Shown: positions 40,730-54,538, counted from the first letter of the stretch. The stretch: 64,000 nt of DNA from Paraspadella gotoi (GCA_051294375.1 CM119268.1:17548502-17612501); one strand, 5' to 3'. The notes: generated by a model not told the origin, from the letters alone. A program made the numbers and translations.

Positions 40730-41400
40730 CTCGCTCGGAGGCGTGCCACTTTGACTCTAAGATTCGAAAGTTGCGCCGTCACTGTTGTTGTAAGGCTGCG
40801 TTGTCGAGTTGAAAGTCGTCGACGATGCATCTGAGGACGCTAATGCCTTCCCCGAAGACCATGTCCGCCGCTGACGCGCCGATGTCTTCTTTTATTGTTG
40901 TTCTTATCGCTAGAAGAGTCATCGGCAATTTCCAAAACCATTTGTCTCGATTTTTCTTTGCTAAGGCGATGAGCGATTCTTTGAGTTGCCTGTGAAAGCT
41001 GATGCTTTATGATGCTTTATCCCCCATTGTTTCATCAGTTGTCTCCACAAAGCTGAGTTGAATTGTGTTCCCCTGTCTGTAGTGATTACAGACGGTGTAC
41101 CGAATACACTTATCCACTCGAGGCTCAAAGCGTCTAAGATCGTTGAAGTGAGGGTGTTGGGAATTGGGATGGCAGCCGGCCATCTGAGAAACAGTGGCGC
41201 ATTACTTTTGCCCTCTGGCAATCTAGACAGTCCCTGGCCCACTTTGAAACATCTTGACGCATGTTATTCCAACAAATTTTGCGGAGATGGCTTTTCTTGT
41301 CGCGTCCACGCCTGGGTGCCCTAATCCATGTATAACGTTGAATATTTTTCTTGCGGGATCGACGACTATGTGCTCTTGATTATGTCTCATTAGCACCTGT
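40730..41400 (-). mobile_element. Ty3/gypsy LTR-retrotransposon integrase fragment (degraded)
   Basis: Zinc-binding region IFNVIHGLGHPGVDATRKAISAKF/NNMRQDVSKWARDCLDCQRAKVMRH, core RWPAAIPI..WISVFGTPSVITTDRGTQFNSALW..WGIKH, and downstream WFWKLPMTLLAIRTTIKEDIGASAADMVFG. Internal deletions and frameshifts. Confidence 0.85.
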
Positions 41401-41977
41401 ATAACTTTAGAGTATTTGATTCTACTGGATCGCTATACTCTGTNNNNNNNNNNNNNNNNNNNNNNNNNCGGCGACATCCGCTCATCAAAAATTTTTATCC
41501 ATTTCCCGACAATGTGAATTTAACAATTAATCTAATAATAATAATAATAATAATGACCCGGCTACAAGGGGGGCCTGCTCATTTTGAGCTCTATCATAAT
41601 TCTTAATTTTTCACTTTAACAGTCACTTTTCTATCCCTCACAAAAAAAATGTATCATTTCACATTTAAAAACTTTCTTTCCTTTCATTACTATCTATTTA
41701 TTATTAGATTAATTGTTAAATTCACTATTAGTTTAAACTTATTCCTGGTTGTACATTGCACAATGTATTATTTTGTCTCTCTCTCTCTCCCTCTCTCCTT
41801 CTCTCTCTCTTTTACCATTTGACCATTTCACTTCTTTTCACAACTGATCTGTCCTCAACTTAAACTGTACTCATTCTTTAAACCACTATCTCTGTGTTGG
41901 AAACTTTTTGCCCTCTCTCTCTTTCTTTCTCTCTCTCTCTCTCTCTCCCTTCTTTTGCACAAATTTGTAAATGTTTA

Positions 41978-42024
41978 TTAACGCTGATGAAGGCTCGAAA
42001 AAGAGTTGAAACATGTCCATACTA
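41978..42024 (+). ncRNA. Possible minimal type-I hammerhead ribozyme of Penelope-like-element type (degenerate)
   Basis: CTGATGA (41984-41990), stem II GGCTC/GAGTT, GAAA (42008-42011), self-complementary ACATGT and a GTC cleavage triplet, followed by AATAAA. Stem I pairs poorly. Confidence 0.4.
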
Positions 42025-42084
42025 AAATAAAATTGTTGAAGAACTTATTTTCGAACTTTGCTTAAATATATTTAACCATATATT

Positions 42085-42430
42085 ACAACATTATAGAAAT
42101 AATTCATCCATTGTTGGATTTGAACCGTCAAACTCAAGTTCTGAGTGACTTGAGCTACAGGTCTGGGCCACTCACTTGGCCCTGATTTCTCAGCAATTTT
42201 GTTTTCATTTAAAGCTTTAATTCTCGATTTAGAAATCTTTTATTTTTCTTAAAACAGTTGCTCTGTTCACCAAAAGATGTCTTGGCGCCATTTGTTTTTA
42301 AAGTTTTAAATAGGTTTAGATTCTCTGAGGAATCAGGGCCATCTGGATGGCTCTGAGTTGTAACTCAGGTTGTCCAGAGCTTGAGTTCGATGGTTCGAAT
42401 CCCATAAGTGGAGGAATTATTTCTGTAATA
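42085..42430. repeat. Imperfect ~110-bp inverted repeat of tRNA/SINE-like sequence
   Basis: About 42085-42197 is the reverse complement of about 42322-42430. The right arm contains the B-box GGTTCGAATCCC. Confidence 0.55.
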
Positions 42431-42619
42431 GATTTGATTCACTCGAGTGGCTCCATGCCCCCCTGTTATAATATACGGTCTTAAATATTAGAACAAAATA
42501 ATTGTTGTCGTCTATCTCGAGTGATTGAACAGAATGTTGATAAATAATATAGTAATGCTATTAAAATATAATAATATTCACAACCAGGTCTCTGTACCGG
42601 TTTAAACATGCAAAAACGT

Positions 42620-43042
42620 TTTCAAAATGAAAAATACCAAAATTACAAAAATTCAAAAAATTCCAAAATACATAAAATACTTTATATAATAAGTGTACAA
42701 TTGACAGTTGGAGCGCGGAGACGGGAGGAAGACCGAGGATGCCGGGAGAAGAAGCTCCAACTGTCGATTAGGTCGACAGGGGGGTTTTATTTTTTTTTAT
42801 TATTTATTAAATTATGAAAGTTGAAAAAATGATGCAAGTTAAAAAAAATGATGCGAATTGTAAAAATGATGTAAATTGAAAAAATGATGAGTTGAAAAAT
42901 TATGTGCGTGAAAAAAATTATGCAAGTTAAAAAAATGATGCGAGTTAAAAAATTTTAAAAAAATATTTTGAATTATCATCTGATTAGCAGATTACCGTTT
43001 AATTATTGTAGGCAGATCCAACATTGTTTGCTCAAACTTGTT
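42620..43042 (+). mobile_element. DINE-1/HINE-like element, 3' part (partial second copy at 40423-40682)
   Basis: Ends in GCAGATCC (the same motif as the 32423-32453 hairpin), a short stem-loop GTTTG-CT-CAAAC and TT. Contains short AAAAAATGATG tandem units. 42620-42902 is nearly identical to 40423-40682. Confidence 0.5.
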
Positions 43043-43260
43043 AAAGATTAAGCGTATCTGTCAGTATTTGAAGCACATAAATACTGAAAATACTAAATAT
43101 ACACACATAGACACACACGCACACTCTCTCTCTCTCTTTCTCTCTCTCTACTCAAACCGTTTACCTTCTACATAAGTTTTAGCCAGTTTAAAACATTTTT
43201 AATATCTAACTTAATGCCTAAAGCCTAAAGCCTCACTCAGATAAATGTTCAATGTTCAAT

Positions 43261-43311
<51 letters not shown>

Positions 43312-43813
43312 CACTTAAAATTCGGGTCTATTTTTCCACAAAAGAAAAAAATATTGAAAAGAAAATTAAAACCATTTTTTTTCTTTCTCGCTCGTCATGA
43401 AAAATTTTCTTCCCGTTTCGATTTCCAATTTCGAGGATATAATTTCGAATTGAAATGACTGAACAAAGATAGGGTGGCCCTAAAATTAAAAATATTATGT
43501 AGTATGTAACTTTATATTGTGAGCTGTTATAAAATTACTGGGAAGAAGTAACAAACTGAAAAAGAATAAAGAGAGAATGGAAAAGCGGGTTGCAGGTTGA
43601 CAGAAAATAGATGAAAAAAAAAGAAAGAAAGAAAAAGTCAAAAGAAAGAAAAAGGAGAGAAATTACATCGGGAAACGATAAAGAAAAGCAAATTTTCGCG
43701 TTAATGCGTTTTTATTTTGTGTTTTTCTCTGTTTTATATTCTTCGTTTCTTTTTTTATTAATACCATTCTTTGATTACATATACCCTCTCGGCGGGCGGG
43801 CGGGCGATGGGGA

Positions 43814-43882
<69 letters not shown>

Positions 43883-44089
43883 GAGAGAGAGATGAAGGGT
43901 ATAAACTCGAAATGGTTTTTATGAATCTGCGACGGGATAATTTTGGCGCCAAAGACTCAGTTCGCCGATTGAGGGGATAAAGAAGATGGAGGGAAACGCG
44001 ACCGAAATGAATAAAGGGGAAGGTTGAGTGGGAGACTGCTAGAGGCGCTGGCAGTAGGCGATGATACGAGATCATGGAGGACGACTATG

Positions 44090-44470
44090 ACATGTAATTT
44101 AAGACGCCAATGAAAGCCGCGGATGTAAGGCGTAATGAAAGCCGCGGATATAAGACGAAAATGTAGGGCACGGACGTAAGTTGCCTTTGTAAGCCGCGGA
44201 TGTAAGGCGCCAATGTAAGCCGCGAATGTGAGGCGCCAATGTAAGGAACGGATCTAGGATGCCAATGTAAGGCGCTGATTTTGGGCGTCAATATAAGTGC
44301 CAATGTTAGCTGAAGGTATAAGATGCCATTGTAAAGCTAAGATTTATAGATTATTTTCGGACGCCAATGTAAGTCGCGAATATAAGGCGCCAATGTAAGG
44401 CGTGTATGTAGAGAATCAAATTAAGGCGCCTATGTAAGCGCTAATTTTAGGTGTGGATTTCGGGTGCCGA
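44090..44470. repeat. Degenerate minisatellite, ~13/26-bp unit (GCGCCAATGTAAG / CCGCGGATGTAAG)
   Basis: Repeated ATGTAAG cores at about 13-bp spacing, with substantial divergence between units. Confidence 0.8.
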
Positions 44471-45157
44471 GCTAATATGCGGGTGAAAGGTAACGATTTA
44501 AAACTTCGAAGAGGTGGAAAGTCCAAATATTGTTTCAAATACGAGCAGCAAACAAATAGAAAAATTTTAAATGTCACTGATGCTGATCAATGTAGAAGAT
44601 CCTGGCCACTAATTGATAGAAAAAAGTGGAGAAAAAATAGCTAAATAAAAATGATTTTTTTTTACTATAAAATGTTCATAGTCATTAAAATAACTTGGAT
44701 AAAGAAGTTTGTTGCGGTTAAAGGTAGTAAAATGACAATGAAGGAAAGTCTGATACTCTGAGCAGAATGCCTATGCTGCAAAGCGTGCAGCAATGAACGA
44801 TGTTGGGTGCGTCACACAGTCGAATTTTTTTCTTAAACTCAATCATGAGTAGTTTGACGTTAATTGTCGCTACTGCAGTGGTAATCTGTCTGTCCCTTTG
44901 TAAGTATCTGTATTTTTATCTTAGTTTACATGTAGTAACCCTTTTTTATAGCGTGACCCATTCTCATTGCAAAGTAACCTAATCTCTATTGTAGTTTAGC
45001 TGCCAAACAGAAAGACTGTGGCTTGGCAACGAGCAGTCACGACGCTGCTCCCTCTGCGACTCAAAGAACATCTGTAAATGGCGCAGGATACTACGCTCGT
45101 ACGTGACAACGAAAACGGCCTCTTCCCGGTTCTTCGGTTTTTAGCCCATAACGATTA

Positions 45158-45268
<111 letters not shown>

Positions 45269-46056
45269 AAACTCTTTCCACCATCACACGCACAAAAAAT
45301 CTTTTTCCCTCTTTGTGAAAAAAAAAATCGGGAAAAGGCTGGAAAATAAAGGGCGAGAGGGAAGGAATCAGGGAAACGCATTAGGACTTGGGAAGTTTGG
45401 GGTCACGGAGCAGCACTCCCCCCCCCCTTCATCCCCCCTCGGGCTCCGGCCCCGGAAGCGGGGGTTGAATGCGTGTGGGAGATTCGAAAGGGTTGAGGGG
45501 TCGGATTTGATAAGGTGTGCGAAAGGGTTGTGACGGTTGTGTTAGTCCTTTACAGGTTTAATTCGAGCCACAAAATTTTTTATAGCCTTTTTTTCTTTTG
45601 GTGAAAGTTTGGAGTTGTTTACTAGAAATGTGGAAATTGGATTTTTTCTTAAATTTTCGCGGAGATTTTATTTTATTATTCTTTAATTTAATGTTTAGGG
45701 TTTCCAAGAGGAATTTTCAGTGAACTAAGGAAAAATGAATTAAAAAAAAAAAGAGACTGAAGATAAAAGATTAATTCTAATCTGATCCAGAATTCTACAA
45801 ATTTATCACTACCGAGATTCGCCGGTAAGTGAACACACACCTGGCCCTTTCTCCCGAAAATGGTTTCTAGGGTTGGTCCCTCTTCAATTGGTTTCCATGG
45901 AGATTGAGCGACAGAGCGAAAGCGAGAAAAAAAAAAAAGTAGGCGTGGCTCGTGAAAGCCAGGGATAAAACTGGATGGAGGAGAATTTTTGAGTTGAAAA
46001 AATGAGGAATGTTGATGGTGATGAGAAATGGCGAGGTTTTATCGCCGGTGGGAGGA

Positions 46057-46104
<48 letters not shown>

Positions 46105-47074
46105 TTAAAACGGAGTGAGAGGAAGTAAAAAATGCATAATGGATAACGGGAGGGCGGATTTGTTCTTAGGAAAGGAGGATGACCGCAAGTCCAGCATTCG
46201 ATTCTGCGCCGAATTTGTGGGGAGAAGAGATGAGATGAGAAGTTGAGAAGAGGGAAAGAGATGCGGAGATGAGGAGATGGAAAAAAGAGGAAATGAGATG
46301 AGGAGATAAGGAGATGAGGAAAAGAAATGTGGAGATAAGTATATGAGGAAAAGAGTTGAGAAGATGAAAAGATGAAAAGATTAGGAAGAGAGATGAGGAG
46401 ATGAAAAGATGAGGAAGAGAGATGAGGAGATGAGAATAGATGATGGGATGAAAAGTTAACACGTCGTTTGCTTTGTTTATTAGGATATATATGTAGTCGG
46501 GCATTGCATTACGTAATGTTATGATTAGGCCGGATTAAATGGATGGTTTGATTATCTTTGGAAGGAAAGGGTCATAGATACTTCATGCCGCAAACACTGT
46601 GCTACACTTTTAACCAATAACAAGTTACCGAACAATAGGAAGCGCTGTACTCCGTACTCGACCGACGCTCTTTCCAAAAAGTATAGTAAAGTTTTAATAA
46701 ATGACTCTTCCCTTGAATTCATTATGGCTTTTTGTTAAAAAAAAAATGCTGCTTTTCTTTAATTAATTCTCTAAACAACTAATTCTTTAACTCAAAACTC
46801 AGCGAATTTTTCCGTTTTTTTCTCATGAAAAAAAGATAAAAAGAAAAAAAAGAGAGAAAAGCTTCGCCTTTTCTTTCGCTTCGTCCGACGGAACAAAAAA
46901 GTTGCGAGGGGCTATCGTCGAAATGATCTTTGCATTGTCGCAATTTTCGCTAATGAGAACATTACTACGCGCAACGACGCGACCATTTTTTTTAGCTATG
47001 GTTAAAACTTACAAGAACAGACCGTCGAATTAGAGAAGACTGAGAAAGAAGAGAAAGGAGAGAGAGAGAGCGAG

Positions 47075-47121
<47 letters not shown>

Positions 47122-47768
47122 GAGAGAGAGAGTGAAACATATGGTTCTAATAAGGAGGACAGCAAAGCGGAGACCAAAGGGGGATAAAGAGAAATGAAGT
47201 GGCATATGAAAAATTGAACGGGATTTTTTGTGAGAGGTTCAAGAAGAGGGAAGAAGAGGAGAACGCAAGCGATTTTCTGCTTCGTCGTAATGAGAAGAAA
47301 GAAGTGAGAGAGAGAGAGAGAGACAGAGAGGAGAAGAGAGAGAGAGGGGAGAGAGAGAGAGAGAGAGGAGAATTTAGGAGTCGAAGGTCACGGGAAATTA
47401 ATGGAGAGCCTTCCGGAGAATATGGGGCCGAGAATTACNNNNNNNNNNNNNNNNNNNNNNNNNTAAATATTTCTTACAGGCTTATGTAAAAAAGTTATAA
47501 ACAGTTGTCTTAAAAAAGAACATAAAAAAAATCTCCCTCTTTATTCTGTTATACAGATACTGATATAGATTAGAGGTATGTAAATTTAAATTGTGTAAAT
47601 ATAAATAGTGCAATTTCATAACAATATTTTTTTTTACAAATATTGAAATATACACTGTACAGCATGACTAATAATCTGATGAGAACTAATTCATTGTAAT
47701 TTTTGTTTTTTAGCTATGTTTAAACTTACAAGAAACAGACTTTTCGTCGAATTAAAGAAGACTGAGAA

Positions 47769-47845
<77 letters not shown>

Positions 47846-50129
47846 ACATATGGTTCTAATAAGGAGGACAGCAAAGCGGAGACCAAAGGGGGATAAAGAG
47901 AAATGAAGTGGCATATGAAAAATTGAACGGGATTTTTTGTGAGAGGTTCAAAAGAGGAAGAAGAGGAGAACGCAAGCGATTTTCTGCTTCGTCGTGAATG
48001 AGAAAGAGAGAGAGAGAGAGATGAGAGAGAAGAGAGGAGAAAGAGAGAGAGGAGAGAGAGAGAGAGAGAGAGGAAGATTTAGGAGTCGAAAGTCACGTGA
48101 AATTAATGGAGAGCTTCCGGTAGGAATTATGGGCCGAGAATTTACGGAGACTGAAAAACGAAAGCATTTTGCGGAATTGAACTCCCCGTACAGAGAGAAG
48201 AGAAGAAGAGAGAGTGAGAGAGAAGAGCGAGAGAGAGAGTAGAGAGAGAGGAGAGAGAGAGAGAGAGGCTTAGAGAGTGCTTTTTTTATACTTTATGGGC
48301 GCCAAATTTAGTCCAATTTTTTTCGAAAATAGTTGAAAATTCTTTTTATGTCTTGCACAAAAAATAATGGATTTTAAAGAAAGGATAAGGTTGACAAAAA
48401 TGAAAGTCAAAAACCACAGCTAAATAAGACGTCAAGTTTTTTTTTCATTTTTTTATTTAGAGATGAACTTTAGATTTTAAAAAGTACAAAAGAGAGAGAA
48501 AGAGAGAGAGAGAAGAGAGAAGAGAGAGAGAGAGAAGAGAAAAGAAGAGAGAAAACTAAACAAAATTACCAATGAATTAGTTTCATAGATTAATTCATTT
48601 GCTTTACATATATTTCAATATTTGTAAAAAAATATTATAATTGATTATTTTATATTTACAATTTAAATTTACATACCTCTAAATTCTAATATCAGTATTG
48701 TAATAACAGAATAAAGGAAAGGGAAGATTTATTTTTTATGTTCTTTTTTAAGAACAACTGTTTATACTTTTTACATAAAGCTGTAAAGAATATTTTATAT
48801 AAAAATTTAAACGTTTTTAACAAAAATACTTTTTTTTCTTCCTCCAACGTTAGCACCTCCCATTCTCGGCGACATCCAAAACGGCCATTCCGAATCACCC
48901 TCTTATTCCCTTTTACCCCTAACCTTGCCCCACCCCCCACTCCCCATCTCCCACCCAACCTCCATCATCTCTCCCCCCTCCACCCCCCCATTTTCCCATT
49001 TAGCGACGTCGACTCGACCGTCCCGCGTTGTTCCTGTGACGTCGGCCGCCAAAGAAATTGCCAAAGTGCAGAATCCGCAGAATTTCTCTCCTTCGCTTCT
49101 TCTTCCCTCTCCTTCTTCTCCCTCTTTTTCTTCTTCGTCTTCTTTGTCTCCTTCTTTTCTTCTTCTTCGCCTTCTTCTCCTTTCTCGTCTTATTGACTTC
49201 GTTTTCTTATTCTCCTTCTTCTTCTGCGTCGTCGTTCTCTTCTTTTTTCTCTTTGTCTCCTTCTTCCTCCTTCTCCTGTTCTCCTTCTTTTTTCTTCTCT
49301 GTTTCTCCATCGATAATAACGAGAGATATGAACCGCATTCACTCGATGTTTCTTTTTCTTTTCCCTTTTTTTGGTTGTCTTCTCAGTGCATCGGTTAAGT
49401 AGTCCATCTGTCTGTCCAGATGTATAAAGCAATAGTGAGATCCGTTTTTTACTACTATCTAGGAAAAAAGTATATAACATAATTCTTTTATTCAATAAAA
49501 AGTATACAAAACATGGGTAAAACAATATCAATATTTGGTATGCCCTTCCTCGGCATCGACTACTGCCTGCATTAGTCTGGGTGTGATCTCATAGTGAAAT
49601 GTTTTTCCACATCTATCACGCAATTCTTTTCAGCCCCGATGATGATGTTGCATGTCTTTTTTTNNNNNNNNNNNNNNNNNNNNNNNNNGTTCCTAAGAGG
49701 GTAATTTAGTATTTATAATAGCACTTTTTTCTGAACAAAAAGAGAGGTGTAGGCAATGGCCTTAGCATTGCCTAATTTAAATCAAAATAATAAAAAAAAT
49801 CATACTGAACCTCTAATTAAAATAAAATTACAAAAACAATACTAATATCTAAAAAATGAGGTGAGAAACCCTAAATGTATGATTTTTTTCAGCATTTTAC
49901 CAGTATGAAAGTGAAGTAGACAGCGTAATTATTGTTATGTCTAGTTGATGTAAAACGTCATTATCGAATACAACGACGGTTTGATTCAGTACAAAATCAT
50001 ATATCAGCAAACAAAAACAACAAAGACAGACTAAGTCAAGCAAAAAACATCAAAATAGAGAGTGTGACGAGGAAACCGGTCAATCAATAATACGCAGCCG
50101 TGAGTACGGATCAGGCTGTAACTATCATG

Positions 50130-50257
50130 TTATAGGCGGGTTAAGCGCCCCAGTCCCTCTTAACACTGCCAGGCGAGCCACCGGGCTTAGAAACCCCCGA
50201 CCTTTGTATCGGAGCGAACTGAATTGGCCCTCCGGCACCTACATAGGCCGGCTCCTA
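50130..50257 (-). mobile_element. Possible tRNA-derived SINE head (degraded)
   Basis: The minus strand GGAGCCGGCCTATGTAGG...GGTCGGGGGTTTCTAAGCCCGGTGGCTC has A-box-like and B-box-like motifs at tRNA spacing, followed by a GC-rich body. It does not form a clean cloverleaf. Confidence 0.3.
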
Positions 50258-50657
50258 CAATTGTATGAGAACGGTTTGTGTGATTTTATGATACCACACC
50301 GATTGAGTTAGTAACATATTTTCTACTTCTTCTCCTAAATGCTCTCTCAATGGAAGGAAGCGAATGAAAGAAAATTCAATGTAGATCCCGAAACATTCTG
50401 ATTTTTCTAAAATCAAACAAGTTTTCAAATAAATATCCTAGATACTAGTAACACGAGCGTGTGAAAAGATATAGGACTGGTCAGTGGTCACCCCTTGATC
50501 AACGTTTTTCTCTCTGGCTGTTGCTCTTGTCAAAGAAAGAAAGTTGGCCAGTCGTGAACGAAAATTCTTCACTTCAAAAGATTTTGTGATTGACTTCCAA
50601 AAGGCTTCTTTTATTAAAATTAAAATAATTCAAACTGTGTCTTGAGTTCTAGAAATG

Positions 50658-50712
<55 letters not shown>

Positions 50713-52447
50713 CCTTTTCACTCCCGTCTTTCTCTTCTCTCATTTTTATGGGGTGAAACATGAAAAAAGTAAATTGCAGATAAGAGAAAATTGGAAGAAG
50801 AGAGGGAGAAAGGGAGGAGGGATTGAAAAGGGTAAGATGAAGAGGAGGAGGAGGAGGAGGAGGAGTAAGAGGGGGTTATCGCAATTTTTTTTATTTAATC
50901 TAAAACGTTTATCTTCTTCAGACGTCCGTCGCGCAGACGACGTCGGCCAGCGGATATACCGTGGAAGAGAGCAGAAGGGAGAAAGGGAGCTGGGCAGGGA
51001 AAGAGGAAGGGAGAAAAAGATAAAGGAGATAAGACGAGGGGAACGAGGTGGAAAGAAGACTGGGGAAGAGAGGTATGAAAATGAAAGAGAAAGCTCGGGG
51101 AACACAGGAGGGAAAATATGAGAAGAGAAGAAAGAGTTATGAGGAAATCGCCGGAGGAAAAAAAAATGTTGAAGGTGAGTGGGATTAGGAAGGAAAGGAT
51201 GAAGAGGAGGGGGAAGAGGAGAAGGAGGAGGAGAAGGAGGAGGAAGAAAAGGGGGATGAAAAGAGAGAAGTGATGGATTCTAGACTGGGATACAAGAAAC
51301 GAAAAAAAANNNNNNNNNNNNNNNNNNNNNNNNNNNNNNNNNNNNNNNNNNNNNNNNNNNNNNNNNNNNNNNNNNNNNNNNNNNNNNNNNNNNNNNNNNN
51401 NNNNNNNNNNNNNNNNNNNNNNNNNNNNNNNNNNNNNNNNNNNNNNNNNNNNNNNNNNNNNNNNNNNNNNNNNNNNNNNNNNNNNNNNNNNNNNNNNNNN
51501 NNNNNNNNNNNNNNNNNNNNNNNNNNNNNNNNNNNNNNNNNNNNNNNNNNNNNNNNNNNNNNNNNNNNNNNNNNNNNNNNNNNNNNNNNNNNNNNNNNNN
51601 NNNNNNNNNNNNNNNNNNNNNNNNNNNNNNNNNNNNNNNNNNNNNNNNNNNNNNNNNNNNNNTCGCTGCCCTTGGTTTCACTTACTTTTCATTACCGAGA
51701 CATAACTATTGGACTTTTAACACATGTAGTAATATATTTAATTTTCTAGTTATAACCATTTTCCCTTTCCTTTTCATTTATTTTCTTTCCTCGCGTCTTT
51801 CATAATGTCTTGGCTTTTATCGCGGTTAAAATGCAATCCCTTGGCTAGAAAAAAAGATCTTTTTCTGCTCGTCTCTCTCTCGCTCTCTCACAAAATATTT
51901 GTGCTAGTATAGTATGTAGGCTCAATAAAAAAAAGAGTACTAAGTAGTAACTCTTTGAGATGATTGCCTGTTAAAAGCGATCGAAAGAAAAGAATGACAA
52001 AAGCCACTGACATAAGCGATCACAAAATAGAATGACAAAAGTCAGTGACCGAACAATCCTTGTATTTTCGCCAACAGATCGGGCGAGAGTGGGCGTGGTC
52101 GGCGGGGGCGGATTCTTGCTGTTTTGGACAAAGTTTGTTCTTCTGCGAAACAAAACTCGTTCTCACTTGGGTCACAGCGCGAAAAACAGTTTTTACTTTT
52201 ATATTAAGCATCTGGCGGTCGTTAAACGCATCGGGCCAAAATGGTTTTATTCGCACGAGTTTGTTCGAAAAAGCAGAAAACTAAACATAAAAAAAAATCT
52301 ATTCATTTATCGTATAAAAAAACTGGGCCAGAAAGGGACTTCCCCAGTAAAACTTGAAGACTTCGTGGAGTAACGGATTATCCGTTACGGAGCGTTTGAT
52401 ACTCAACGAGGAAACTCGTTTCAAAGCGGTGAATTGACCGCGCGATG

Positions 52448-52479
<32 letters not shown>

Positions 52480-53735
52480 NNNNNNNNNNNNNNNNNNNNN
52501 NNNNNNNNNNNNNNNNNNNNNNNNNNNNNNNNNNNNNNNNNNNNNNNNNNNNNNNNNNNNNNNNNNNNNNNNNNNNNNNNNNNNNNNNNNNNNNNNNNNN
52601 NNNNNNNNNNNNNNNNNNNNNNNNNNNNNNNNNNNNNNNNNNNNNNNNNNNNNNNNNNNNNNNNNNNNNNNNNNNNNNNNNNNNNNNNNNNNNNNNACGA
52701 CGACGACGACGACGACAACGATGACGACGATTTTAAAAAAGCGAATACGTACTTGAAAAGATTGTCATTCGCGGCAGAAGGATTCACTTTTTTTTTACAA
52801 CACTTGGTTACCAAGACTTTAAAAAAAGAAGTAAATATCAGTGAGCATTGTCCGCGCGAGAAAGACGAAAATACTAGGATGTCGGTGACGTCATTCGTTG
52901 CAATCCTATTAATAGTAACGACGCCAACGACAACGGAAATGAGAATCATAATTATGACGTTAAGGAGAACCTGCGTAGCAACTACGTAGATTCGTGACTA
53001 AAATATGTTATTAATTAATATGAAATCAAGTCGTTCCTAGTAAAAAAAGCCTTGGAATTTGCATTAGCCTTTTTTTGCAGTGATATCATTCGGATAATGT
53101 CAAAGTTTCTTCACTTTGGGAAACATTTTTTTTTTCTAGAAAACAACAAAGGGGATGACTAAATTTAGAGATCAGGGAAGAAATCAACGAAGACGACGAC
53201 GACAACGACCAGAAATCATCCTGATGAAGGACGAAAAAGACAATAACTACCCCGAAGAACTACATAGCAACGACGACGACGACTACAACGACGACTACGA
53301 CGTCGACCAACAACGTGAGGACAACGACCCAGACGAGCGACGACGACGACGACGACGACAAAGACGATGACGACGACGGAGAACCGAAGAATGAGCCAAC
53401 CAACGGACCGGGTCCGCGCGCACTCCCGACGACGACGACTAAACCGACGACGACGATGATGATGATGTTACTGACACGGCAATCCCTCTCCGGGCGGCTT
53501 TAGCGCGCCCCCNNNNNNNNNNNNNNNNNNNNNNNNNNNNNNNNNNNNNNNNNNNNNNNNNNNNNNNNNNNNNNNNNNNNNNNNNNNNNNNNNNNNNNNN
53601 NNNNNNNNNNNNNNNNNNNNNNNNNNNNNNNNNNNNNNNNNNNNNNNNNNNNNNNNNNNNNNNNNNNNNNNNNNNNNNNNNNNNNNNNNNNNNNNNNNNN
53701 NNNNNNNNNNNNNNNNNNNNNNNNNNNNNNNNNNN

Positions 53736-53772
<37 letters not shown>

Positions 53773-54538
53773 GAGCGCAAGAAAGGTAACGATGTTGACG
53801 ACGCCAGAGGCTGCCAACGTTCGCTGGCCGTTTCTTGATTCGTGGCGCCACCGATGCGTCTCATCCTCTCATCTACGATTTTTTCGACGTCGCTTCTCTA
53901 CTTTCTTCATTTCGCGGCCAACGACGCCGACACCGCCATCGCCTCCCTATCCACCGCCACCGCCATCTCTCGGCCACGCCCCCCTCCGCCACTGCGCCTT
54001 TGCCCGGCGACGAAGGATGGCGCTGTTCCCCAGATGCGGGGCTCTCCCATAAAAGGCGCAGGCCACTTAACCCTGAATGGCGGCGCATCGGACGTCCGCC
54101 GTTTTCTTCTATTGGCAACTGTTTCGTTCTTTGTCTTACTTCTTCTTTTTTTTCACTCACTGTTTTGTTTGATCCTTTTTTTTTTCTCTTCTCCACTGTT
54201 TTACTAATCTATTTTTACATGTTTTATTTTAGCATCCTTCTCTAAGTTTTTCTTTCTTAAATTGTTTTAATCTATCACTCTGAATTCCACGCGTTACCCT
54301 CCCTAAAGTTTTTTTGTACAGTCTAGCTTCCTTTCTTGTTTTCTTCTTTTATCTCCCACCGTTTTGTTTATCTCGAGCGCAATTATGACGCGGACACCCA
54401 GTGGCTTGAAAATGCAGCGTCTCAAAAGTGTCTGGCGCTGCAGCGCAGCAGCCTCAGCGTCGGTATTTCGATTGCCTCGATATCTTTGTCTTAACTAAAC
54501 GTTTTAGATAGTTTTAGATAGCAGCTGATAGATAGTAG

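Noticed and set aside
46990-48800. Direct duplication (46990-47438 vs 47710-48145) and inverted duplication (about 47465-47712 vs 48555-48795)
   Set aside because: Adjacent to an N-gap and differing mainly by 1-bp indels, so most likely a gap-filling or haplotype artefact.
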